A stretch of DNA of 64,000 nt, taken from an uncultured Actinomycetota bacterium. Lineage in GTDB: Bacteria; Actinomycetota; Actinomycetes; Mycobacteriales; Jatrophihabitantaceae. A program made the position numbers and the translations under genes. The stretch lies in assembly GCA_963713565.1 (NCBI GenBank), contig CAVQMF010000003.1:298882-362881 (forward strand). Reading direction: 5' to 3'. Below are positions 28,952 through 39,015 of the stretch, piece by piece (position 1 is the stretch's first letter; every line of letters starts with the position of its first letter). The notes beneath the pieces are model-generated. The model did no database searches and was not told the DNA's origin. It saw only the letters and a program-made list of their open reading frames with translations.

Positions 28952-30004
28952 ATGCACGCACCGATCGTCGACATCGCGGACGTGCCGGCCTATGTCGCCG
29001 CCGCGGGCCTCGTCCTGGACGACGACAACGCGCCGATCGCACCGCTCGCGTTCGTCGATCTCAGCTCGACTCGGCCGCCGGTCGGCGAGGTGCGCGACGC
29101 GGCCGCAGCCGCCGAGCGGGCCGACGTGCTGCTCGTCGGGTTGGCCGACGAAGCACTCCCGGACACCCACTCGCTGGCCGCGGCGCTGGCGTGCACGCTC
29201 GTCGCCGGAGGGCGCAGCGAGCTGCCGCGGACCATGATCGGCGTCGCTGATCTGGACGCTGCGCGCGCGGTGATCTCGATGGCCGTGTCGTCCGCGCCGC
29301 GGGCAGCTCGCACGCTGGATGGCCTGCTGCGCTTGACATCTACCCTCGCGGTGCGCGAGGGGTTGATCGCCGAGTCTCTTGCCTACTCGATGCTCTTGGC
29401 CGGCGACGAGTTCCGGCGGTGGCGCGCATCCCGGCCGATCAAGCGGATTCCGGCGCAGGCGGGCCCGGCAGTCCTGCTCGACCGGGATGCCGACACCCTG
29501 CACGTGACGCTCAACCGGCCGCACCGGCACAACGCGTTCGGCGTGCCGATCCGCGACGGCTTGGTCGACGCGTTCGACCTGGTGCTCGCCGATCCGACGA
29601 TCGCGCAGGTGACACTGCGCGGCAACGGCTCGTCCTTCTGCAGTGGCGGCGATCTCGACGAGTTCGGGCCGACCACGGACGTGACGAGCGCCCACCTCAT
29701 CCGGCTCGATCGCGGCGTGGGGGCACGGCTCGACCGCTGCCGGGATCGCGTGCATGCGCGGCTGCACGGTGCCTGCATCGGCGCGGGTATCGAGATCCCG
29801 TCCTTCGCCGCCCACGTCAGCGCTGCGGACGGGACGTGTTTCGCGCTGCCGGAGATGTCGATGGGCCTGGTGCCCGGCGCGGGCGGGACCGTGGGTGTCA
29901 CCCGGCGCATCGGCCGCTGGCGCACCGCCTACCTCGGTCTGACGGGGGAGCGGCTGGACGTCGCGACCGCGCTGTCGTGGGGCCTGATCGACGAGCGCGG
30001 CTGA
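28952..30004 (+). CDS. Enoyl-CoA hydratase/isomerase-family protein with atypical domain order
   Basis: LNRPHRHNA, FCSGGDL, GAGIEI, LPEMSMGLVPGAGG. Confidence 0.85.
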   Translation: MHAPIVDIADVPAYVAAAGLVLDDDNAPIAPLAFVDLSSTRPPVGEVRDAAAAAERADVLLVGLADEALPDTHSLAAALACTLVAGGRSELPRTMIGVADLDAARAVISMAVSSAPRAARTLDGLLRLTSTLAVREGLIAESLAYSMLLAGDEFRRWRASRPIKRIPAQAGPAVLLDRDADTLHVTLNRPHRHNAFGVPIRDGLVDAFDLVLADPTIAQVTLRGNGSSFCSGGDLDEFGPTTDVTSAHLIRLDRGVGARLDRCRDRVHARLHGACIGAGIEIPSFAAHVSAADGTCFALPEMSMGLVPGAGGTVGVTRRIGRWRTAYLGLTGERLDVATALSWGLIDERG

Positions 30005-30010
30005 GCACCG

Positions 30011-31270
30011 GTGGGCCGATCGGCAGCGCTGGTCGCCGCGGCGCGGCTGACGGCTGAGCTCGACGTGCTCGGCGCACCCGCCCTCGGCGATCTGACCCTG
30101 CCGCCGACGCCGTCGGTGCTCGACTGGGCACGTTCGGGTGCGATGGCGCTGACCGGACGGGTGGACGGGCCGCCGCGGCTATCGCCGGGCGCCCCGGCCA
30201 GCGCGCTGCGCGCCGCGCTGGCGGTGCTCACCGCGGACGCTGCGGGGGCGCCGATCCCCGGGGTCGAACTGCTAGGGGAGCGTGCGGCCTACGCCGGGCT
30301 GCACCGCAACGCGCCGTGGTCGCCAGGCGGCGGTTTCCGCGCCCTGCCGGCCCGCGACGGCTGGCTGGGCCTGTCGCTCGCGCGCGACCCGGACCTCGAG
30401 CTGCTGCCCGCGTTGATGCAGGCCGGTCTCGTCGCGGATCCGTGGACAGCCGTTGCCGACTGGCTGGCCAGCCAGCGCGTCGCCGATGCGGCCGCCCGGG
30501 CGCAGCTGCTCGGACTGCCCGCGGCGGCGATCGTCGAGGGCACCCGGCCACCGCAGCGCGCCGCCGTCCAGGTCACGCTCGGCGGCGCTCGGCGGCCGGT
30601 GCGGGCGCCGGTCGTCGTCGACCTGACCTCGCTGTGGGCGGGGCCGCTGTGCGCGAATCTGCTGGGCCTGCGCGGTGCGCGCGTCATCAAGGTGGAAAGC
30701 GCCCGGCGACCCGACGGCGCACGTGGCGGTGCGCCGGGGTTCTTCGAGCTGCTGCACCGCGGCCACGACTCGGTCGTACTCGACTTCGCGACCCACCGCG
30801 CCGACCTGCACGCACTGCTCGCGCGCGCAGACGTGGTGCTCGAGTCGTCGCGGCCGCGGGCGCTGCGCCAGCTCGACATCGTGGCGGAGGACCACGTCGC
30901 GGGCGGGACGATCTGGGCGAGTATCACCGCCTACGGTCGTGACGTCGCCGACGGTATGCGGGTGGGGTTCGGTGACGACGTCGCCGCCGGCGCCGGGTTG
31001 GTGTGGTGGGATGACGATCGGCGGCCGAATCCGGTTGGCGACGCGCTCGCCGACCCGCTCGCCGGTGCGTTCGCCGCGGCCGCAGTGGCTGTCGCGCTTC
31101 GCGGTGAACGCGGCTGCCTGCTCGACGTCTCGATGCACGACGTCGCGGCGGGCGCGGCGACGTTGCCGACCGACCGTCCGCCGCCCGAGGTCGTGCGGCG
31201 TGCCGGCGACTGGTACGTGGTGTCCGACGGGGGCCGCACCGCGGTCCGTTGCCCCCGCGTGCGCGGGTAG
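30011..31270 (+). CDS. Family III CoA-transferase (CaiB/BaiF-like)
   Basis: VVDLTSLWAGP, VIKVES..PD, ADVVLES, ITAYG, ADPLAG. Confidence 0.85.
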   Translation: MGRSAALVAAARLTAELDVLGAPALGDLTLPPTPSVLDWARSGAMALTGRVDGPPRLSPGAPASALRAALAVLTADAAGAPIPGVELLGERAAYAGLHRNAPWSPGGGFRALPARDGWLGLSLARDPDLELLPALMQAGLVADPWTAVADWLASQRVADAAARAQLLGLPAAAIVEGTRPPQRAAVQVTLGGARRPVRAPVVVDLTSLWAGPLCANLLGLRGARVIKVESARRPDGARGGAPGFFELLHRGHDSVVLDFATHRADLHALLARADVVLESSRPRALRQLDIVAEDHVAGGTIWASITAYGRDVADGMRVGFGDDVAAGAGLVWWDDDRRPNPVGDALADPLAGAFAAAAVAVALRGERGCLLDVSMHDVAAGAATLPTDRPPPEVVRRAGDWYVVSDGGRTAVRCPRVRG

Positions 31271-31320
31271 CCCCAGTCCGTCCGGTGAGGCTCACCCGCG
31301 GGCACGTCGCCGCCGGTGGT

Positions 31321-32647
31321 CTATCTGCCCGGCGTGTTGAGTGCCAGATGGCGCAGTCGGACCAGGCTCCCGCCGGCCGCGGGCCCGGTATAGGGGTTGC
31401 GGACACGGGGAACGCGTACCCGGAGCGCGCCCGGCAGGATCTGGCAGCGCACCGGGGTCGGCAGCAGAACTGCCTCTCCGTCGATGCCCACCGGTATCTC
31501 GTCGGCGTCGGCGTCGATGACGACCTCGTGCGCGCTGTACGCGCGCATCCCCTTGCGCCGCCCGATCTGCAGCAGCGCGGCCGCTTGGACGGCGCTGTCG
31601 ACGGTGATCGCGATGACCCCCAGCACTCCGCCGTCCAGCCGGGACCGCCGACCCAGACCGGCGGGATCCACCATTTCGTAGGGGTTGTTGCTGATCAGGA
31701 TCGCGGCCGGCCCCGCAATCGTCACCTCGATCATCCACCCGAGCCACGAGACGCGGCCCGCGCTGCCCGGAGAGCAGGTCCGGCAGCATCCGCAGCGTCG
31801 TGCCGCGCTTGTCGGCGCGGTACTCGGGACTCTGCACGATCTGCGCGTATGCGCCGAACGAGGCGTTGTTGACGAAGGTTCGGCCGCCGACCACACCGAG
31901 ATCCACGGTGATCTCCACGCCGTCGGTGAGCGCGTCGAGGCCGGACTCAGGGTGATCGCGATCCAGGCCGAGATCCATCGCGAAGTGGTTGCGCGTGCCC
32001 GCAGAGATCACGAGGAACGGCAGGTCGTGCTCAGCGGCAATGCCCGCTACGAGCGCCTGCGTGCCGTCTCCGCCGGCGACTCCGAGCAGGTCGGCGCCCG
32101 TACTCACTGCGGCGCGGGTCAGCGCCGCGACGTCGACCTGGCCGGGGCCTTCGATGAGCGCCACGTCGGCGCCCAACGCGGCGGCCTTCGTCTGCAGGTC
32201 GAGCTTGGTGACCTTGCCGCCGCCGGACCGCGGATTCATGATCATCCACGGCCGGCGGGGTGGCGGCGTCGACCGTTCCGGCATGCCGGTGCGCGCTGCC
32301 CGCCTGCTCAGGGCAGCCCGCCCGGACGCGACCGACGCCGCGGCCAGGACGAGGACGACGACGATGTCGGCGACGAGGTCCCGATACAGGAAGATCGCCA
32401 CCACCGTGACCGGCGCACCGAGGGCAAGCAGCGCGGCGAGCCAGCGGATTACGCCGCGCTTGCTCAGGAACCACCACAGGCCGGCAAGGGCGACCGCGAG
32501 GCCCACGACGCCGACGACGAGAATCCCGATGCTCTGGGCGCCGCCGACCAGCAGCGCCACGACCGCGGCAAATGCGAACAGGAAGGCCAGTCGAGCCAGC
32601 CAGCGCTGCGCCACGCCCACTCGATCGGACCCCTCGACCTCGGTCAT
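31321..32647 (-). CDS. Membrane-anchored diacylglycerol-kinase-family protein (frameshift near 31730)
   Basis: NPRSGGGK, AGGDGT, AGTRNHFA, GIDGE. Confidence 0.88.
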
Positions 32648-34383
32648 CGTCCATTCCTGTCCTGTGCGTGTGGCCCGTCGTGGGGGCTGGCAGATACCTC
32701 GCCGGTCGCCACGTGGAACGCGTCGACCGCGGCGTCGACCGTCGGGAAGAAGTGCGTGGGGTCGATCGACCGGGTGAGCCCGTACCGCTCGATCTTGCGG
32801 CGAACGGGATCCTTGAGCTCCGCGAACACCAGGCTGATTCCCTGCGCATTCAACGCCTCGTCGAGATCCTCCAGCATGTCCGAGGCGGTGGTGTCCACGT
32901 CGGTGATCGGCTCGGCCGCGATCACGATCCAGCGTGGCGTCGGCTCGGACCTCGCCAATCGCCTGATGGAGTCACGGAACGACTTGGCGTTGGCGAAGAT
33001 GAGTGGGGCGTCGAACCGGTAGATGATCAGGCCCGGCACGTTCGTACCGCCCGGGTAGGAGCGGACATCGTGGTATCCGGCAGCCTGCTCGACCCAGCGC
33101 AGTTCGGTCTGGTACGGCCACCACGCGTGTCGGAAGACGTTGAGGATGGACAACCCGACCGCGATCGCGATGCCGACCAGCACGCCGAGCAGCGCGACGC
33201 CGAGGAATGCGGCGATCGACAACAGGCACTCGGTCCGTCGCTGGCGCCACAGCCGAACTGTGCCCGGTATGTCGGCCAGCGACAGCGCAGCGGTGATCAC
33301 GATCGCGGCGAGGGCCGGTTGTGGCAGGTCGCGGAACAGGCCGGGCACGAACACGATCATGACGATGATCAGCAAAGCACCGACCACGCCGGTCAGCTGG
33401 GTCTTCGCTCCGGACCGCTCGGCCACCGCCGTGCGCGACCCGCTGGTGCTCACCGGGAAGCCCTGGAACAGGCCGGCGGCGAGGTTCGCCGAGCCGATCC
33501 CGATCATCTCCTGGTTGCCGTGGATCTCCTGGCCGGAGCGGGCCGCGAACGACGACGCCGTGGAGATCGTGTCGGCGAGCGAGACGAGGGCAATGCCCAG
33601 TGCCCCGCCGATTACCGGGCCAAGATCGGAAACCGACACGCTGGGGATCGTGAACGGTGGGAAGCCCTTCGGCAGCGTGCCGACCAGGCTGACGCCATGC
33701 GCCGACAGGTCGAACGCGGCCGTCGCGGCGATGGAGAGCACCACCATCGCCAGCACGGCAGGAACCTTCGGCAGCCAGCGCTGAAGCACCAGAATCACCA
33801 CGATCCCGCTGATGCCGACGGCCGCTGCGGCCGGCACCGCGTCTCCGTCGATCATTCCCTCGACGAAGCCCTTGAGCTCGCCCAGAAGATCGTCGGCGCT
33901 CACCTTGAATCCGAACAGCTTGGGTAGCTGGCCGATCAGAATGGTGATCGCCAGGCCGTTCATGTAGCCGATCATCGTTGGCTTGGACAGCAGGTCCGCG
34001 ATGAAGCCGAGTTTCGCGACGGCGGCCAGGATCATGATGCCCCCGACCATGATGGCGAGCATCGACGCGATCGCGACGGCTTGCTCGGGATTGCCGCCGG
34101 CACCGACTATCGGCACGACGGTCGCGGCAATCATCGGCCCGAGCGAGGAATCCGGACCGAGGACGAGGATGCGCGACGGACCGAAGACGGCGTAACCGAT
34201 CAGGCACATGATGGAGGTGTAGAGGCCGGTGATCGGCGGCAGGCCGGCGAGTTCGGCGTAAGCCATCCCCTGCGGCACCAGCAGCGTGGTCAGCACGACC
34301 CCGGCTACGACGTCCTTGGCGAGCCATTGACGGCGGTAGGTCGTCACTGCCCGCACGCCGGGCACCGCTTGAAAGACCGACAC
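32644..34383 (-). CDS. SulP family anion transporter with STAS domain
   Basis: PQGMAYAELAG, SGSRTAV, YRFDAPLIFANA, DVDTT. Confidence 0.95.
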   Translation of the reverse strand: MSVFQAVPGVRAVTTYRRQWLAKDVVAGVVLTTLLVPQGMAYAELAGLPPITGLYTSIMCLIGYAVFGPSRILVLGPDSSLGPMIAATVVPIVGAGGNPEQAVAIASMLAIMVGGIMILAAVAKLGFIADLLSKPTMIGYMNGLAITILIGQLPKLFGFKVSADDLLGELKGFVEGMIDGDAVPAAAAVGISGIVVILVLQRWLPKVPAVLAMVVLSIAATAAFDLSAHGVSLVGTLPKGFPPFTIPSVSVSDLGPVIGGALGIALVSLADTISTASSFAARSGQEIHGNQEMIGIGSANLAAGLFQGFPVSTSGSRTAVAERSGAKTQLTGVVGALLIIVMIVFVPGLFRDLPQPALAAIVITAALSLADIPGTVRLWRQRRTECLLSIAAFLGVALLGVLVGIAIAVGLSILNVFRHAWWPYQTELRWVEQAAGYHDVRSYPGGTNVPGLIIYRFDAPLIFANAKSFRDSIRRLARSEPTPRWIVIAAEPITDVDTTASDMLEDLDEALNAQGISLVFAELKDPVRRKIERYGLTRSIDPTHFFPTVDAAVDAFHVATGEVSASPHDGPHAQDRNGR

Positions 34384-34553
34384 TGACACCTCCGCACTCC
34401 GGGGTATTCCTGGATGCGTGGTCACCACCGCGAGCGCCCGGCGCGGGCCGATCTCGTCAGCGCCCCCGACATCCCGGTACTTCGCGGGCAATGGCGGCTG
34501 ACGTTAGTCGCGATTGCGTCCGTCGGCCAGCGTGTCGGCTGCCGGCCACCTGC

Positions 34554-35177
34554 TCACGCGTGCGGGCGACCTGCGGTTCCGGTTGCGTCTGCGGCCGCGG
34601 CGAGGACGGCTGGTGTGAGCGCCTCGGCGATCAGCGCGTAGCCCGGGCTGGACGGATGGAAGCGGTCGCTGGAGAACAGCGAGGCGTCGTTGGCGAACCT
34701 GCTCGACGTGTAACCGTCGATGTCCGCGACGCGTGCTCCGGCGGTGAGCGCCGCGCGAGTCTGGGCCTGGCGAAATGCCGCGCTGCCGGCCCGCACGAGT
34801 GCTCGGACCTGCACCGGCACCCACGGCACCACGCTGAGATCGGGCGCCGGTGCCACCACGACCTGGGCGTTCACGGCGCGCAACGCGCGGACCGCGGCGC
34901 CGAGGTCGGCCGCTGCCTGGGCCGGTGGCACGAGGCGGGTGAGGTCGTTGGCGCCGATGACGATGAGGGCGATGTCCGGAGGCTCGGACACCGCTTGCCG
35001 AACCTGGGCACCGAGTGCGTCGCTACGCGCACCCGGGACCGCGTAGACGCGCAACGTCGTCACGCAACCGGTGGTGCTCAGCCGCGCCGCAAGCCGGGCA
35101 CCTGCGGTGTCGGACGGTCTGGTCGCACCCTGCCCGTACGCGATCGAGTCGCCCAGGACGGCGAGTGTCAACCTCAT
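34554..35177 (-). CDS. SGNH/GDSL hydrolase
   Basis: LGDSIAYG, GAND, DRFHPS. Confidence 0.92.
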   Translation of the reverse strand: MRLTLAVLGDSIAYGQGATRPSDTAGARLAARLSTTGCVTTLRVYAVPGARSDALGAQVRQAVSEPPDIALIVIGANDLTRLVPPAQAAADLGAAVRALRAVNAQVVVAPAPDLSVVPWVPVQVRALVRAGSAAFRQAQTRAALTAGARVADIDGYTSSRFANDASLFSSDRFHPSSPGYALIAEALTPAVLAAAADATGTAGRPHA

Positions 35178-35361
35178 CGCCGCAAGGTTACTTCGCTGGG
35201 CCCGGGTCGCGCGCCGCCGAACCACTCATCGCCGGGTGGTTCAGGTGCACCACACCGTCGTGTGGTCTAGTCAGCCCCGTGACGCGGTGCGTTGTTCACC
35301 TGCCGGCTCGACGGTGGTGCCCGTCATCAACAGGTCAAGCTCCTGAACGCGGCCCCGCCGC

Positions 35362-35784
35362 GTGACGGCCGCGCGTCGGCTGCCGCTCCCGCTCCGCGCC
35401 GCGATCGCGAGCGCGGTGTTCAGCGGCCTGCCGTCCACCGTGCATTCAGTGGCCACGCACGCCGACGTGCTCGAGCCCACGCTCGCCGCCGGGTCGATGT
35501 TGCTGCCTCGGGAGCGACGCCAGCTCGCGCTACTGGCGGCCGGGGTCGTGGTGCACGGCGCGGTCTCGCTGGGGTGGTCAGTGGTGCTCACCGCCTGCCT
35601 GCCCCGTCGACACACCGTCCTCGCCGGTGCCGCGGCCGGGGTTGGCATTGCCGTGCTCGATCTGCGCATCGCTGCCGTTCGGTTCCCGCGCGTCGCCGCG
35701 CTGCACCGGCCCGCCCAGCTCGCCGATCACCTGGCGTTCGGCGCCGTGGTCGGACTGGTCGTAGCTCGGCATCGCGAAAATTGA
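35362..35784 (+). CDS. Small membrane protein
   Basis: Hydrophobic; SGLPST, HGAVSLGW, ADHLAFG. Confidence 0.6.
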   Translation: MTAARRLPLPLRAAIASAVFSGLPSTVHSVATHADVLEPTLAAGSMLLPRERRQLALLAAGVVVHGAVSLGWSVVLTACLPRRHTVLAGAAAGVGIAVLDLRIAAVRFPRVAALHRPAQLADHLAFGAVVGLVVARHREN

Positions 35785-35896
35785 CGGTCGTAGCGGCGCC
35801 CCGTCAGAGCTGATCGCCGGCGACTCGCGCCCGACCCTGCGCGCGAGACGTTCCGCATCCTCGTCACTCGCGGGCGACTTCGATAGCTCGTGCGAG

Positions 35897-36736
35897 TCAG
35901 CGGGCACCTCCGGGCTGGGCGTGGCCGGGAACGGCACGCCGCGCGCGGAACAAGGCCTCCTGCGCGAGGCTCGCGACCTGAACACCGGACTCGGTGAACA
36001 ACGATCCGGTGTACCAGCCGCGGCCACCGGCGACGCTGTGCGGGGTCATGTCGTTGAGCATCCACTGCGACACGTCGACGGGCCGGTGGAACCACACCGC
36101 ATGGTCGAGGCTCGACGCGGACGAGTACTCCTTCGAGTCGAACGGTGACAGGCCATTCGAGATGTCCGACAGGTAGGTCAGGGCGCAGGCGTTGAGCACC
36201 GGATCGTCGGTGACGAGCTCGCTGCGCGCCCAGAACCGGGTCGGCAAGCGCGTGTTGCCGTACGGTTGCGCCAGTTCGCGACCTTCGAAGGAGAACAGGC
36301 GCGGAATGCGGTACGCCGAGCACTGATCGGGCGCTGGAACCGCCGGCATGACAGCGTGCTGCAGGTCCGCGCCACCTTCGCGGCGTTGGAACGAGGCAGC
36401 CATGTTGAAAATGATCTTTCCGCGTTGCAGTGCCACCGCCCGGCGCGCGCTGAACGAGCGCCCCTCGCGATCGCGGAACACCCGGTAGACCGTCGGGTAG
36501 GACGCATCGCCCGGGCGCAGGAAGTAGCCATGCAAGGAATGGGGGAAGAGATCGTCGCCGACTGTCATGGCCGCGGCCCGCAGTGCCTGCGCGGCGACCT
36601 GCCCGCCGTAGAGCGGAATGTGGTCATCGAAGACGAAGTTGGCGCGGTAGAGGTTGACTTCGATCGCCTCGAGGTCCAGCAGATCACGCAGCGTGCTTGC
36701 GGTGTCCTCCGGTGGCTGCCGCGCGGAGTCGCTCAT
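35897..36736 (-). CDS. tesB: Acyl-CoA thioesterase II
   Basis: YGGQVAAQAL, HSLHGYFLRPG, SLDHAVWFHRP. Confidence 0.92.
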   Translation of the reverse strand: MSDSARQPPEDTASTLRDLLDLEAIEVNLYRANFVFDDHIPLYGGQVAAQALRAAAMTVGDDLFPHSLHGYFLRPGDASYPTVYRVFRDREGRSFSARRAVALQRGKIIFNMAASFQRREGGADLQHAVMPAVPAPDQCSAYRIPRLFSFEGRELAQPYGNTRLPTRFWARSELVTDDPVLNACALTYLSDISNGLSPFDSKEYSSASSLDHAVWFHRPVDVSQWMLNDMTPHSVAGGRGWYTGSLFTESGVQVASLAQEALFRARRAVPGHAQPGGAR

Positions 36737-36917
36737 CGTGGGCGCCGGCGCTCGAACCCCGCTGCCGGCCGCGGGGCCGCACCGTTCGGCATGATCATTG
36801 CGGGCCGAATCGACTCGACCAGGACCGGCTCGGTCACGACGCTCCTCGACTCGAGCGGCACGAAGACAACCCGGTTAGCCTAGTACGCCGATAGTGCGGC
36901 AGAGATGAGCGCATACG

Positions 36918-37556
36918 ATGTCCGACGACGTCACGCCGACTCCTGGCGGATTTCCCTCCACACACGAGTGGGGCGAGGTGCGCGGGCACAGCGACCACGG
37001 AGGCGCCGAGTACGCGGAGCTGATCGATGCATTGCGCGAGTACCTCGACCGGGTAGCCGGTGCGCTGCCGGACGCGGCGACGATCCTTCGCATGTCCGGC
37101 ACGCTGCGCGAATTCTCCGACACGCTGTCGACGATGGCGGTTCGCGAGCGCGATCAGGTCTTCGGTCACCGCCTCGACCTCGTGGGCCGCGGCCACGTGA
37201 TGTTGCCCCCGTACGAGACGCTCGAGGGCGACGAGCAGTCGGTGCGCGGTCTGGTCAGGTTCGGCCGGTTCTACCTGGGCGGAAACGGGGCAGTCCACGG
37301 CGGTGCGATCCCACTGTTGTTCGACGAGGTGCTCGGCCGGTTGGCAACCGCCGGCGGGCGCAGCCCGGCGCGGACCGCGTTCTTGCATGTCAACTACCGC
37401 TCCATCACACCGATCGACACCGACCTGCAGGTCGAGGCTCGGGTCACGCGCGAAGAAGGCCGCAAGCTGTTCATCACGGGCGAATTACACAACGGTCGCA
37501 CGTTGTGCGCCGATGCCGACGCCCTGTTCGTGCAACTCAGGCCGGGCCAGCCGTAG
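36918..37556 (+). CDS. PaaI-family thioesterase
   Basis: GAVHGG..LLFDEVLG, RTAFLHVNY. Confidence 0.88.
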   Translation: MSDDVTPTPGGFPSTHEWGEVRGHSDHGGAEYAELIDALREYLDRVAGALPDAATILRMSGTLREFSDTLSTMAVRERDQVFGHRLDLVGRGHVMLPPYETLEGDEQSVRGLVRFGRFYLGGNGAVHGGAIPLLFDEVLGRLATAGGRSPARTAFLHVNYRSITPIDTDLQVEARVTREEGRKLFITGELHNGRTLCADADALFVQLRPGQP

Positions 37557-37788
37557 TGCCGCGGTAACCAGGTCTGACAGGGGCCGCCGCGCAGGTCCTT
37601 ACCCCGGCGGCCACACCGGGTGTGGACGGATCGCATCGCGCGAGAAGGAATACGCTGACTCAGACATGCAGATAGTGCCGCGACTCGCATGGCGCCGCCG
37701 GTGACCGGCGAGACACCGGGACTTCGCGACCCGGCGCCGCAGGCAGACAGTGCGCTGTTCCGAGTGCGGTACGAGCTGAGGAGTCCTG

Positions 37789-39009
37789 ATGGTTGACGCA
37801 GTGGTGGTATCGGTCGCGCGGTCGCCCATCGGCCGTGCGGGCAAGGGATCGCTCACCGTGATGCGGCCGGACGACCTGGCCGCCCAGATGGTACGGGCCG
37901 CGCTGGACAAGGTGCCGGCGCTGGATCCGCACGACGTCGGCGATCTGATGATCGGTTGCGGCCAGCCGGCCGGGGAGGCCGGCGACAACGTCGCGCGCAC
38001 GGTTGCGGTGCAACTTGGGTACGACTTCATGCCCGCGACGACGGTCAATCGGTACTGCTCGTCGTCGCTGCAGACGACCCGGATGGCCTTCCACGCGATC
38101 AAGGCCGGCGAGGGCGAGGTGTACATCTCAGCCGGTGTCGAGACCGTGTCCCGATTCGGTCGCGGCACCGCAGACGGCTGGCCGGACACGCACAACCCCA
38201 TCTACGCCGACGCGGAGCAGCGCTCGGCGAAGCTTGCCGAATCGGGCACGGCCGAGTGGCACGACCCGCGCGCCGACGGGCTGCTGCCCGACATCTACAT
38301 CAAGATGGGGCAGACGGCGGAGAACCTCGCCCTGGTCAAGGACGTCAGCCGCGAGGACATGGACCGCTTCGGCGTCCGGTCGCAGAACCTGGCCGAGCAG
38401 GCGATCGCCAACGGCTTCTGGGCCCGCGACATCACGCCGGTCACGCTGCCCGACGGCACCGTCGTTTCCACCGACGACGGGCCGCGGGCCGGCGTCACCT
38501 ACGAGGGGGTGTCCGCCCTCAAGCCGGTGTTCCGCCCCGATGGACGGGTCACCGCAGGCAACTGCTGCCCGCTGAACGACGGCGCCGCCGCGGTGGTGAT
38601 CATGAGCGACCGCAAGGCGGCCGATCTCGGGCTGACTCCTCTCGCCCGGATTCTCGCGACCGGTGTGAGTGGGCTCTCGCCGGAGATCATGGGCTACGGC
38701 CCGGTGGAGGCGTCGCGGCAGGCACTGGCACGCGCGCAGCTGCAGATCGGCGACATCGACCTCGTCGAGATCAACGAGGCGTTCGCGGCGCAGGTGATCC
38801 CGTCCTATCGGGATCTGGGCATCGACCTCGACCGACTCAACGTCAACGGGGGCGCCATCGCCGTCGGCCACCCGTTCGGCATGACCGGTGCGCGGCTCAC
38901 GTCCACGCTGATCAACTCGTTGCAGTTCCACGATGCGCAGTTCGGGCTCGAGACGATGTGCGTCGGCGGCGGGCAGGGCATGGCCATGATCCTCGAACGT
39001 CTGTCGTGA
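37789..39009 (+). CDS. Acetyl-CoA C-acyltransferase (thiolase)
   Basis: NRYCSSS, NEAFA, GHPFG, MCVGGG. Confidence 0.96.
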   Translation: MVDAVVVSVARSPIGRAGKGSLTVMRPDDLAAQMVRAALDKVPALDPHDVGDLMIGCGQPAGEAGDNVARTVAVQLGYDFMPATTVNRYCSSSLQTTRMAFHAIKAGEGEVYISAGVETVSRFGRGTADGWPDTHNPIYADAEQRSAKLAESGTAEWHDPRADGLLPDIYIKMGQTAENLALVKDVSREDMDRFGVRSQNLAEQAIANGFWARDITPVTLPDGTVVSTDDGPRAGVTYEGVSALKPVFRPDGRVTAGNCCPLNDGAAAVVIMSDRKAADLGLTPLARILATGVSGLSPEIMGYGPVEASRQALARAQLQIGDIDLVEINEAFAAQVIPSYRDLGIDLDRLNVNGGAIAVGHPFGMTGARLTSTLINSLQFHDAQFGLETMCVGGGQGMAMILERLS

Positions 39010-39015
39010 CCTTTG

